Part shown: positions 12,300-24,385 of the stretch, in pieces
Numbering within the stretch: position 1 is the stretch's first letter
How the letters are laid out: every line of letters begins with the position of its first letter
Source: Felis catus
Lineage: Eukaryota
DNA length: 64,000 nt
Direction: 5' to 3'
Assembly (NCBI RefSeq): GCF_018350175.1
Contig: NC_058368.1
Coordinates: 100,690,001-100,754,000 of the forward strand
Notes under the pieces: generated by a model
Told to the model about the DNA's origin: nothing
The model's database searches: none
The model's input: only the letters and a program-made list of their open reading frames with translations
Made by a program: the position numbers and the translations under genes

Positions 12300-13020
12300 T
12301 TGCGCGAGGTAAAAACTTCGACTAAAAATTTCAATTTCGAAGCGGCTTGTTGTAAATGGGCTTAAAAGTTCTGGAACACAGTACGGCCCTTCAAGGGGAC
12401 CTGGCGTGGCCAGGACTTGCCTGCCGCGTTATCTAGACCCGCCCACCTGACCACGCCTACCTGACCACTCGCTCCGTCTCAGCCCCCAACTCTGGGTGCC
12501 TCTCATCTATTTTTTTTTTTTTTTCTGCTCTCAAGCTGCCAAGACTTGAACCTCAAAGGTGCAAAGTACACTGAGGGAGTCTACTACAGGTGCATTCTGC
12601 AATACCATTGAGTAGTAGAAATACATGGGCTTTGGCCCCAGACGGGTCACCATCTTTACCACGCTACAGTCTCCCCCGGGGGGCCTCATTGACTCTCACC
12701 ACCTCAAAGGTCATCTCTTGGTGCTTTATGTCACCACGAACTGCTGGGCCGGGAAGTCCCCCGAATTTCCGAACCCCTGAATTTGACCGGAAGTTCCACC
12801 GCTTACTAGCTAAATAACCGTAAGCAAATGGCTTCGATTGCCCGCTTCTCTTTGTCCAATTCAATCAGGGTAGTCGTGTTGATCACGCAAGGCTACTGTG
12901 ATGAAAGGTACATAATACACACAGTATAGGGTCTGGTACATAACTGGGTCATCACAACACTTCAGGGTGACTCAGCAGTTTTTCCTTCCTTTCTCTTTGA
13001 CCCCCTAGGGCATTCCCCCA
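12300..13020. promoter_or_regulatory. Promoter/enhancer-like element with clustered kB, ETS, CCAAT, GC-box and ARE motifs
   Basis: Unique, locally CpG-enriched. GGGAAGTCCC 12751-12760, CCGAATTTCC 12761-12770, ACCGGAAGT 12786-12794, CCAAT 12856-12860, CCCGCCCAC 12438-12446, TGACTCAGCA 12968-12977, GGGCATTCCC 13008-13017. Confidence 0.6.
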
Positions 13021-13419
13021 AAGCCACTCCCGACAGATTCGAGTGTCCTTCCCACTCTCCACCAAGGAGAAAACCGAAGTCATCCTGCCAGTGGTTCATA
13101 GCCTCCCCCGTCTTGGGCCATCCTGATGTCTCCCCTCAGGCTCAGGATCTCTCCACGCTCCCCTCAGACCCTGCCTCTGTCCTGGCTCCCCTCAGGCCGT
13201 GCACTTCTGTCTTCCTTGCTTTTCCTATCACATCTTACTTGCTTGTTCTCCTGCATGTTAGTCATTCATCAAATGAATGTTGGTTAAAGGTAGGCTCTCC
13301 TTCCTCCCCACCAGCTCCTTCTCCCCTCTTTACAGGTGTTCAGAAATCCTTAGTCTAAAATGAAATCTCTGGGCTGGGCTCCCCTCTGCTTTTCAGGAGC
13401 TCTTCACCCACCGCAACAG

Positions 13420-13610
13420 CATATAGTATTGCAGAGTCAGGCTGCCTCTTCCACTTACGAACTGTGTGTTGTTCTTGGACAGACATCTTAACCTGTCTAG
13501 AACTCAGTTTCTCTATCTGTTAGTGGGAGGGAAAGACAACTGTCTTGAGATGAGTTAATTCACCTAAAGCACTTAAAGCAGTGCTTGGTACACTAAGTGC
13601 TCAGTGCGAT
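13420..13610 (+). mobile_element. MIR relic
   Basis: ctcagtttctctatctgt...aaagcacttaaagcagtgcttggtacactaagtgctca. Confidence 0.7.
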
Positions 13611-13699
13611 GTGTTAAACTTCGCCACCCACAACACACACCCCTTACCCCCTTCCTCCTTCAACCACAGGCTATCAGAGACTTGGAATTTCTTTTTTCT

Positions 13700-13921
13700 T
13701 TGTTTTGTTTTTTTTTTTTTTTTACATTATTTTTGAGAGAGAGAGAGAGAGAGCAAGAGAGCATGAGCAGGTGAGGGGCAGAGAGAGAGGGAAAGAGAGA
13801 ATCCCAAGCAGCTGACAGCACTGAGCACCATGCTGGTCTCTATCTCACCAACTGTGAGATCATGACCTGAGCCAAAATCAAGAGTGGGAGTCTTAACTGA
13901 CTGAGCCAACCAGGCGCCCTG
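13700..13921 (-). mobile_element. Can-SINE
   Basis: Reverse-strand head, T-tail. Confidence 0.9.
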
Positions 13922-15010
13922 GAATTTACTTCTCAACGGTATTTACGGCCTCCTAACCTCCAAATGAAATGCTATTCCTCTTTCCCCCCTCCTTCTCCCC
14001 AAACATTGTCTTCATTCTTCCTCACAGTTGACACCACTCCTATTGGGGTATTTCTTGTCTTGAAATAAGGGAGGAATTAACTGACACGTGTCTCCTGTGG
14101 TCCTCTCCTACCCAGGCTGTGACCTTGAGACTAGCACTGCTCCAAGAAACAGGACTGAAGTGTCAGAAAGAAGCTACAGACAGATGTCTAATTTTTGGCC
14201 CTTCACTCAAAACTCCTGGTAGAAGGCTTTGTGATTCCCCATCCCTTTGCCCAAATTGAGTTCTCATGGGTTGGGAGAAGAGATCCTAGAGAGAAATGCA
14301 AGATATTTAGGTACAGCAGAGCTTTGAAGGGAGACATGGAACATCTTCCCCACTTATAATGTCAAGGCCAAGGTTGAATCTAGAGACAGCACCGAAGCAG
14401 AAAAGAAGCCATGGCTAGCTGACATAGCCCCCTGACAAAGCTTCCTTTGGAGCCCAGATGGCAAAATAAAGCAACAGGAAGTTTCCGTTCCCCTTCCACC
14501 AGAGAGATAAGGAAGTCCTGAAGGAAGATGGGAAGATTCAAAGGGGTCTCATGGTTATGTTGAAAGGATTCAGCTCTGGAGGGCAGCATGCCCTATGGGG
14601 CTGGAAACCCAGTGGGATCACTAACATTTCAGAGGACTCTAGTGGGGACGGAAGCCCAGAACTAAATCCATGACCACAGGCCTGTGAAAACCCTCCCAAG
14701 CAAGCCTCATGCCTCTCCCAAGGTGCCAAGAGTTGCATGCTGCACAGAGGAGACAAAGACAAAGAATAACCCAGACTCTAGTACATACACCCTCCGTAGA
14801 TTATCAGCTCCCTGAGGACAGAACCCTGTCATTCTTTGTGTACCTTAGTACTGTACTCACACTGAGCAACAAATTTCTTTTGAATTGAGTTAATGGATTA
14901 CTTTGTGTCCCTTTCCGTTACATTGAAATGGCACAAAAATCATCTCCCCATGTCTTTTTTTTTTTCCGCCTTCACCTTAAATGATGCATTAAAAAGCAAC
15001 AGTGGTTCTA

Positions 15011-15750
15011 GGGGCGCCTGGGTGACTCAGTCAGTTAAGCATCCAACTTCATTCAGCTCAGGTCATGATCTTGTGGCTCGTGAGTTCGAGTCCAGGGTCA
15101 GGCTCTGTGCTGACAGCCCAGAGCCTGGAGCCCGTTTCAGATGCTGTGTCTCCCTCACTCTCTGCCCCTCCCCCGCTCACACTCTGTGTCTTTCTCTCTC
15201 AAAAATAAATAAACATTTAAAAAAGAATTTATGGGGGCGCCTGGGTGGTGCAGTCGGTTAAGCCTCCGACTTCAGCCAGGTCACGATCTTGCGGTCCGTG
15301 AGTTCGAGCCCCGCGTCAGGCTCTGGGCTGATGGCTCAGAGCCTGGAGCCTGTTTCCGATTCTGTGTCTCCCTCTCTCTCTGCCCCTCCCCCGTTCATGC
15401 TCTGTCTCTCTTTGTCCCCAAAAAAATAAATAAACGTTGAAAAAAATTAAAAAAAAAAAAAAGAATTTATGGGGGCGCCTGGGTGGCTCAGTCGGTTGAG
15501 CGTCCGACTTCGGCTCAGGTCATGATCTCACGGTCTGTGGGTTCGAGCCCCGCGTCGGACTCTGTGCTGACAGCTCAGAGCCTGGAGCCTGTTTCAGATT
15601 CTGTGTCTCCCTCTTTCTCTGACCCCCCCTCCCCCCCCCCCCCCCCCCCGCCGTTCATGCTCTGTCTCTCTCTGTCTGAAAAATAAATAAATGTTAAAAA
15701 AAATTTTTTTTAATAAAATTAAATTAAATTTTAAAAAAAGAATTTTTTTT
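15011..15750 (+). mobile_element. Three nested head-to-tail Can-SINEs (starts ~15011, ~15234, ~15472)
   Basis: Three ggggcgcctgggtg heads; outer TSD aagcaacagtggttct. Confidence 0.95.
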
Positions 15751-15868
15751 TAAGCAACAGTGGTTCTGGATAGATGAGGAAAGTTTATGAGAGAACAAAT
15801 TTCAACATTGGTACAGTATAGCTACACATTCAGCTGGAATGTTTAATAAATATTTTAAAAAGCTTCAA

Positions 15869-15882
15869 CCACTAGGGGGAGT
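15869..15882 (+). promoter_or_regulatory. CTCF-like motif
   Basis: CCACTAGGGGGAGT versus the consensus CCASYAGRKGGCRS. Confidence 0.4.
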
Positions 15883-16477
15883 ACGCACAGATGTGCTTGA
15901 AATGGCTAACAAATTGCATTGCGATGTTTAATTGGCAATCATAAAGCTCACGAGGAAGCACAGTCTTCTCTCTGTTAAAAAAAATGTAAATGCCTAGAAA
16001 AATACAGGTGTAGAATATGTCAAATGATGTTATTTCCCATCAGACGCAAAGTTCCAACACTAGTTTATGCAGGCACTGTGAAGGTGTTAAATACTACGTG
16101 TAGGAATCTGCTGCTTTTCTGTGCTCTTCCGCCTTCAGCAGCACCTCCAGATGAGTCAAGTCCACAGCCCCATCCTGAGGTTACATTTTAGAACTAGCCA
16201 ATTAAAAACCACGTATTAAATCTGTCTCGTTTCTCACTGAAAAATTCCAGAAGGAACTTTAGTGATCATCGTTTTACAGTTGAAATAAAAGAAGCCCAGA
16301 GTAGTTCATCAATTAGCCAGGGTCGCACATCCACCTAGCAGATAAACCCGTACTAAAAACTTTAGGTCTAAGGGAATAGAAAAACATTAAAACAGTCTAA
16401 ACAATGCACACCGTCACCTAGCAGATTCCCTGTGTAAGGTCCCAAGTAATAAAGTTTTCTTAGACTTAGTACATCAA

Positions 16478-16690
16478 GGGGCTCCTGGGTGGTTCAGTCG
16501 AGTGTCCTCGGACACTCAGTTGAGGTCGTGATCTCACGGTTGGTGAGTTCTAGCCCCACATCTGGCGCTGTGCCGACAGCTCTGGAGCCTGGAGCCTGCT
16601 TCAGATTCTGTGTCTCCTTCTCTCTCTGTCCCTCCCCTGCTCACACTCTGTCTCTCTCTCTCAAAAGTAAATAAACATTAAAAACAAATA
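16478..16690 (+). mobile_element. Can-SINE
   Basis: TSD acttagtacatcaa. Confidence 0.9.
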
Positions 16691-17018
16691 TTTAGAAAGA
16701 ACTTAGTACATCAAAATAATGCAAAATAAAATAGTAATTCCATTCTTTGCCGTGAAAAATATGTGGAATTTTAAGAATGATAATATACAGTATTGGCAAA
16801 TAACAGGGAATGGTCTTTCTCATGTATTTTGGTAGAAGGACAAACTGGTACAGTGATTTTGAAATGCAATTGAGCCAGGAAAATTAAAAGTTTTAAAGTT
16901 CGCAGATTCACACAGAAGTTTATATTCAGCCTTGTTTGTTGCTACATTATATATAATAAGGAAGTAATAAAAACCTAAATGTCCAAGAATCAGGAAGCAT
17001 TTAAATCTATCACGTGTT

Positions 17019-17235
17019 GGGCGCCTGGGTGGCTCAGTCGGTTAAACGTCCGACTTTGGCTCAGGTCATGATCTCACGGTTTGTGGGTTCGAGCCCCATG
17101 TTGGGCTCTATGCTGGCAGCTCGGAGCCTGGAGCCTGCTTCAGATTCTGTGTCTCCCTCTCTCCCTGCCCCTCCCTGCTCATGCTCTGTCTCTCTCTGTC
17201 TCAAAAATAAATAAAACATTTAAATAAATAAATAA
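17019..17235 (+). mobile_element. Can-SINE
   Basis: Head, body and tail. Confidence 0.9.
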
Positions 17236-17929
17236 ATCTATCATGTGCATCCAGATGATGGCTCTCTGTATAGCCAAAAAAATCATTATTCTGAAAACTA
17301 CTTAGTAACATAAGGAAATACACTTAGTATAAAATATACCACTTATGTAGAAATGTATGAGTGTGTGGGGGAGAGAGAGAGAGTAATGAAAGAGTTATTT
17401 TTAGCTATGGAACTCTGAGTAATTTTCTGTTTATAATTCTTAGTGTTTTGGGCAACCGTAAGCAAGCTACTTAAAACGTCTTTTGATTCTCAGGGAAGGT
17501 GAGAGGAGGAAGGGCCACCTGGCTACTTCCTACCAGTGTCACTGAAATCTTAAACATCTTTCCCCGTGTGTGTCTGGGGACCACCACCAGCACCCTCAGG
17601 AGTATTGACTTCTGGTTGGGTCACTGTACTGCCAGGCTTTGGGGCAGGGTTAACCCCGCCCCTAGAGGACTGAGGCAAAAATTGCCACCTGTCGCTAGTC
17701 CCTGGCTCAGTCTTCAGAGCAAAAACAGCGTCCACTCTTCATATTCTGTCGGGGCAGGAGCAAACCCAACTAGGTTGCCTTTCTCCTCAGGAAAGTGATC
17801 TATTTTAAGTTGCCTCCCTCTCTCCCTCTCCATCCTCCCTCCATTTTCTCCATAGCATTTATCACTCTCTAAAACGATATAACTATATAACTACATATAC
17901 ATAGTCTATAACTATATAATTATATAATT

Positions 17930-18110
17930 AGGATGCCTAGGTGGCTCAGTCAAGTTGAGGTTCTGACTCTTGGTTTCCACTCAGGTCATGATCTCAGTCT
18001 CATGGGATCGAGCCCCACATCGGGCTCCACACTGAGTGTGGAGCCTGCTTCAGATTCTCCCTCTCTCTCTCTCTCCCTCCCTCTCTCTCTCCCTAAAATA
18101 AAATAAATTT
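17930..18110 (+). mobile_element. Can-SINE (older)
   Basis: Head, body and tail. Confidence 0.85.
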
Positions 18111-18221
18111 TTAAAAATGAAAATACTATATAATTTATTCATCGACTATGTTACATCATCTCTTTTCTTCCCTAATATAGCCCTATTACCTGAACACATA
18201 GAATAGGCTCTTTAAAAAAAA

Positions 18222-18422
18222 ATGTTTATTTATTTTTGAGAGAGTGAGACAGAGCATGAGCAGGGGAGGGGCAGAGAGAGAGGGAGATACAGAATCTGAA
18301 GCAGGCTCCAGGCTCCGAGTTGTCAGCACAGAGCCTAAGGCAGGGCTCAAACCCATGAACCATGAGATTATGACCTGAGCCAAAGTCAGATGCTTAACCG
18401 ACTGAGCCACCCTGGTGCCCCC
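18222..18422 (-). mobile_element. Can-SINE
   Basis: Reverse-strand head and body. Confidence 0.9.
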
Positions 18423-18767
18423 ATAATAGACTCTTAATAAGTAGCTTTGAAAGAACAGATGGATAAAAAATGGACAAACTAATGAACAGATATTATAGCT
18501 CTTTCAAATTTCCTTTACCAGAGAATCAATTTATAAAGTAAAAGTTGTAACTGACAACTTATAAGCCGTATCCAGATCACTTTAGTACCTGCAATATTTT
18601 CCTATAAGTTTTTTATTTAGAAATAATTTTAGGTCACAAGACGCTGTGAAAACAACATAGTGAGTTTACAACATACCCTTCCTCTAGCTTCCCCCATAAC
18701 ATCTTAACATCATCCCAATGGCTTTTCACGTTGAAATGCATGCCTCCATTTAAAAATCAGGAAATTA

Positions 18768-18990
18768 GGGGTGCCTGGGTGGCGCAGTCGGTTAAGCGTC
18801 CGACTTCAGCCAGGTCACGATCTCGCGGTCCGTGAGTTCGAGCCCCGCATCGGGCTCTGGGCTGATGGCTCAGAGCCTGGAGCCTGTTTCCGATTCTGTG
18901 TCTCCCTCTCTCTCTGCCCCTCCCCCGTTCATGCTCTGTCTCTCTCTGTCCCAAAAATAAATAAAAACGTTGAAAATATAACGTTTTTTA
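18768..18990 (+). mobile_element. Can-SINE, young subfamily
   Basis: TSD taaaaatcaggaaatt. Confidence 0.95.
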
Positions 18991-20769
18991 AAAATAAAAA
19001 TAAAAATCAGGAAATTGAATGCAAAAACAGAGATGTATAACTTCTTAAAAACCATTAGATCTGGTGACCCTGGGCCCACCTCCCTGCCGGCAGCAATCAC
19101 CTGAGCCTGACAATGGTTGCCCCCTCCAGGCAGGGCATGCGCAGACCTGTCTGGCACCGACCTAATACTCTCTGTTCTATTGCCTCCCTTGAGGTTGTTC
19201 GTTCACATTTACCTTCATACACACCACCTGCATATAAACACCCCTTCCTGCAATCTATGACATGAATTGTTTTATTTTGTTTATTGTAGTGGGTTGCGTT
19301 GTTTTTTTTTTTTTTTTTCCCTGTATATTCCACGTGGTTAGGACAGTGGCTTGACAAATAGCAGTTGACTAAATCAACTAATTAATGATTAAACCAAGAC
19401 AACTCATTCATGTTACCAGCCTGACCTTCGTCGGCATTTACGTGTAAGCCTCTGGGGTAAGCAGATGAGCTTCTCCATTGTGGAGCAGTTTTGCTCTGGC
19501 GAAGTGACAGTCTCCCAAAGGGACTTCCCCCATTTGCTATGGCTGATATCCTCCCCACTGTTATCCTCTGTCCAGGTGCAGATTCCTGCCTTTGTTGTAA
19601 TTGTTCTTGAGAAGAAAAACCCATTCTGTAGTGTTTCGGGGGGATCAAGATAGGTCCACATTGACTTGGGCACAGTTCTCAAAGTTACAGAAACTGACTT
19701 ATTTGCACAGCTAGTATCCCAGGTCTAAGCCAGCTCCAAGAGGAGTGGGTGGGAAAGCTTCTAGGGTCTGCCAACCTATGTCCCTTTGTTCCACCCCTTT
19801 GCCACCATAGTCCTAGACTCAGCTCTTGGGTCCGTCTATTTTAAACACATGGTTATTTCGCTCCAGTGAAATAACTTGCACAGTGGCTGTGTTACCTTTT
19901 CTTAAAAGAGCCTCTGGACTCCTTAGGCCAAGTAGGGCACCCCGTATCTATGCTCTATATACTGGAGTTGTTCAGAGACAAAGACTTTCTAACAGAAAAA
20001 GAGTATCTCAGTATAGAATTTTGGTAGAGCAATGTAAACATCTTGCCTTACTTCTAATAAGTAAGGAAAAGTACTCAAATGATTCTTATAACAAAAATTA
20101 CTTCCTATAGACTTGATCTCTTCATTTAAAATACAACAATGTCAGGTGTTCTGTTTTCCCAGACAACCCACTGCATGTCAATATAGAAGGGACTTGATTT
20201 TATGTGCCATGTGGATATACAGAAAAATCTGGGAGTGAAACGACCAAAATATTAATAGCAGCTGTATTTACACAGATGAATCAGTATCCTTCTCCTAAAA
20301 AATGGGTCTACTATGTACCTGTTAAGAAGATTTTTGGTTGCAAGTAATTAATGCCCGGTAACACTGCTTAACCAAACTGAGGTTTATTTTTCACATAATA
20401 ACAAGTCCTTAGACAGGTTGCTCTGACCTTGGTTTAGTGGTTCACTGATGCTATCGAGGAAGCAAACTTTATATCTTTCTTCTATTACCCTTAGTGTATT
20501 GACTTATCATCCTTAGGCTTTCCCAGAGGACCCCAAACACCTCATCCTCTGTCTCATTTCTAGAACAATGCCTTATGCCCACCCCTCTCTACAAGTGAAA
20601 GGGAACAGAAATGCTGGAATTATCCTAGACAAGGGAAAATGACCACAGTAGTTGTACTGTGCACAACCCATGAAAGTGTACATGGTTCCACATAGAACTG
20701 TTGCTTTTATTTTTGTTTTTTAATTTTTTAATGCTTATTTTTTATAATGAACTTTCTTTTTCCTTTTTT

Positions 20770-20975
20770 TGAGAATATTTTTAATGTTTTGTTTATTTTT
20801 GAGAGAGAGAGAGAGTGCTAGGGAGGGGCAGAGAGAGAGGGAGACACAGAGCCCAAAACAGCTCCAGGCTTCAAGCTGTCAGCCCAGAGCCCAACACGGG
20901 GCTCAAACCCACAAACTGTGAGATCATGACCTGAGCCAAAGTTGGGTGTTCAACCAAGTGAGCCACCCAGGAGCC
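20770..20975 (-). mobile_element. Can-SINE
   Basis: Reverse-strand head and body. Confidence 0.9.
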
Positions 20976-21353
20976 CGCTTATTCATTCATTCATTCATTC
21001 ATTCATTTAGAATTGTTGCTTTTTATACCTTGGGGCTGCCCTGAACCAAATGGTGGTCCTTTGGGGAAGAACAGCTCTTGAGGTGGGTGGGGGAAGATGC
21101 ACAATTAACATCTGCCACAGCTTCTCATAATCCACTCTTTTCATGTTCTGTCACAGCTGCTGGATGTGGTTTTTAAATATCTTTGATGCTGCATCATTGT
21201 TTTCTGTCTCTGATGAGTGAGAAAATCATTAGTTCCTGAGAAAGACTCAAATTCCTGGCAATCAGACATTTGCAGTTTTGTTTGATCCGAGAAGACCTTG
21301 ATAGGTTACCCTTAGCATTAAAAATGATACTTCAGCCCTCAAGTGGTCACTTT

Positions 21354-21575
21354 ATTTTTTTTAATTTTTTTAATGTTTTTATTTATTTTATGAGACAGAG
21401 AGAGACAGAGCATGAGCACGGGAGGGGCCGAGAGAGAGGGAGACACAGAATCCGAAGCAGGCTCCAGGCTCTGAGCTGTCAGCACAGAGCCTGACGCCGG
21501 GCTTGAACTCACAGACCATGAGATCATGACCCGAGCTGACGTCGATGCTTAACCGACTGAGCCACCCAGGCACCC
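21354..21575 (-). mobile_element. Can-SINE
   Basis: TSD tcaagtggtcacttta. Confidence 0.95.
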
Positions 21576-21716
21576 CTCAAGTGGTCACTTTAGGCTAGTC
21601 AATAAACTGAGATGTTGCTGAGATACATCACTTAAACCAGCCTTTTGAAATCACTGGAGTGGTCTTTAACTGCATGAAAAAAAAATGTCCTATGTCTTCC
21701 CTCACTTAAAAAGTGT

Positions 21717-21925
21717 GGGGGCATTTGGGTGGCTCAGTCGGTTGAGCTTCTCACTCTTGATTTGGGCTCAGGTCATGATCCTGGGGTCCTGGGATCAAGC
21801 CCTACATTGGGCTCCATGCTGACAACACAGAGCCTGTTTGGGATTCTCCCTTCCTCTCCCTCTGTCCCTACCCACTGCTCCAAATAAATAAATAAATAGT
21901 AAACAAACAAATAAATAAATAGTAA
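21717..21925 (+). mobile_element. Can-SINE (older)
   Basis: Head and (taaa)n tail. Confidence 0.85.
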
Positions 21926-22604
21926 ACATCTTTCCCTGAAAAGCAGCCAGTCTTATATTTGTTACCCATTTCTCAGCACATTTCTGAGAAGACATAATCC
22001 CAGTAGCTACAATTTTGTCATATTCAGAACTGTTCAGTCTCTCCCACCATTAAATCAACCACGCACTACGTTCTGTGACTAAAACAATGTGTGGGTTGAT
22101 AGGCGCCGTGGCTTCCTTTATTCCTTTTGCAGCGCCCTTCCCTGCTGAACAGAAAGTTCTGTTAGTACTAAACCAGTGAACGTTTTCCACGCTCTGCGAT
22201 GCCCTTACAGTCATCATTACCTAAGTGCAAAGAACACTTTCTTGAAGCTTGCATTTTTTTTTTAGCATAAACAAAGGAAGCAGACCTCAGACACCTCTCC
22301 CTTCATTTATGTTCCTCCCACATATTGAAGGAAATTTCACCCAATTATAAAACAAAATGTCTGTTCGCATGTTCTTCACAGTAATTGTTCCTCCGTATTG
22401 GGTGCTAGTGACTTTACACCATCCCGTCTTGTCATTTGACAAGGAATTTGTCAAAGGCTTTTTTTTTTCCTTGCTTGCTTTACATCTGATCATAATAATT
22501 ATCTTCACTTTCTTAGCTACCTTTATAACTTTCTTAAGACTGGTGTAATTTTCTTTTTTCCTATAAGTATTGAAGCTTTGAATGAAGCCTTTGTATGTCT
22601 GCCC

Positions 22605-22609
<5 letters not shown>

Positions 22610-22666
<57 letters not shown>

Positions 22667-22870
22667 TTGACATTTATTTATTTTTGGGACAGAGAGAGAC
22701 AGAGCATGAACGGGGGAGGGACAGAGAGAGAGGGAGACACAGAATCGGAAACAGGCTCCAGGCTCTGAGCCATCAGCCCAGAGCCCGACGCGGGGCTCGA
22801 ACTCACGGACCGCGAGATTGTGACCTGGCTGAAGTCGGACGCTTAACCGACTGCGCCACCCAGGCGCCCC
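22610..22870 (-). mobile_element. Can-SINE, young subfamily, with a ~48-nt pure poly(A) tail
   Basis: Perfect TSD tgtctgcccttctctt; T-run 22610-22657. Confidence 0.95.
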
Positions 22871-24202
22871 TGTCTGCCCTTCTCTTAAACGCTAGCAGTT
22901 TTGTCCTGGAAAGCATTCTTTTATGCTTTTTCTTGGAAAAATTCTACTGACCTACCAGTGAAATCACTCCACTTTGCTTGAAAATTACACAAATGGGTTC
23001 ATACCACCGTATAGAAGTTCCATAACTGGCAATGCACCAGAAATGAGAGAGAAAGTGACTCTGCCAGTCTTATTAAACCCAGTATTCAGATATTTATTTT
23101 TTATTTCAGATTTCGCCCTTTTCTATTCTAGCTGCCTGAGTGAAATCTTCCTGGTCCTAATTCATTTGTCTCAGATCATGAGAGTCACATTTTATAGTGA
23201 CACAGAGTTGGAGCCTTTGTGCGGCTATGTGTGTCACTTTGATTCATTGATTCATCTTTGTGAACTGGGCATTTCACAATATATAAAAAGAAGACAAAAA
23301 GGCAAATGTAACAAATGGAAACAACGAAGAAATTTTGCATATGTCACACTAGATGAACTGACCAACACTTGTCACATATGCACACTTTTAAGAATATCAT
23401 ACTTATTGAGATAGAAAAGATTCCTGTGAAAATAGGAAATCATGTTAAACCTCAATATTCAGAAAATGCATGTAAACAAAATTATTTTATTAGTCCCTCT
23501 GAAACCTTCACGCTATCTGTAAAGCATCTGGTAAGCCTCTGAGGTCCCTAGAGATCCCTGGGAACTTCGCTAGCAAACGCTAGCAAATGCACTGGGTAAG
23601 GTTCCTCCAGCCATAGAATGAAGAATTTGAACTCCAAATCTAAGAGCACTTCTGACTTGAAAGGTCTGTATCTCTCACTTAATTTTATTTAAAGGGAAAC
23701 ATTCTTGCTACAAATAGCATAGGGTGTACTTAAATTAATGAACTTGATCTTACAGCTTATCCTTGCTAACTTATTCCATTTTGAGTTATTAAACACAGTA
23801 AGTACACATAATCTACCCCAAGAGCACAATCTATCCCAGGGTCCTACATCCACCTTTAATCCCAGGAAATCAAATAGGGATCAAAACTCCTTCTCCAAAA
23901 TCTGTGGAACTTTAGGCTGTATTATTTGATGTTGACTAGAGCTTACCGCAAATCCTCCAGACAGGAAGACAGAAAAAAATTAACAGGTAGAAGTGAAATA
24001 GACTTGTGTTTGTTGTGTGTTCAGATGTGGAAGTCTGCGACAGCTAGAGCTCTCTAGGAATGGTAAAGAGCTTCCAGAAAAAAGAAGAGTCATATTAAGA
24101 GGTATTCAGTGAAGGCATCAATGCTAATTTGCCTAAGACACCATGGTAAATATTGTACACTAAGGAGGAAGTTGGAATGATCTTCAAAATCCTATCCAAT
24201 TC

Positions 24203-24331
24203 TGGGGTGCTTTTGTGGCTCGGTCAGTTAGGCATCCAACACTTGATTTCAGCTTAGGTCATGACCTCATGGTCATGAGACTGAGCCCCCTATTGGGCTT
24301 TATGCTAGGTGTGGAGCCTGCTTTGGACTCA

Positions 24332-24364
<33 letters not shown>

Positions 24365-24385
24365 GCTCTCTCGCTCTCTATTAAT
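24203..24385 (+). mobile_element. Can-SINE (older)
   Basis: Degenerate head, (CT)n. Confidence 0.8.

Noticed and set aside
12000..12900. Assigning a specific NF-kB target gene or miRNA host to the promoter-like region
   Set aside because: No coding exon or miRNA hairpin that I could recognise within the window
22974..23414. 146-aa ORF
   Set aside because: TTG start, AT-rich, no recognisable protein features or splice context
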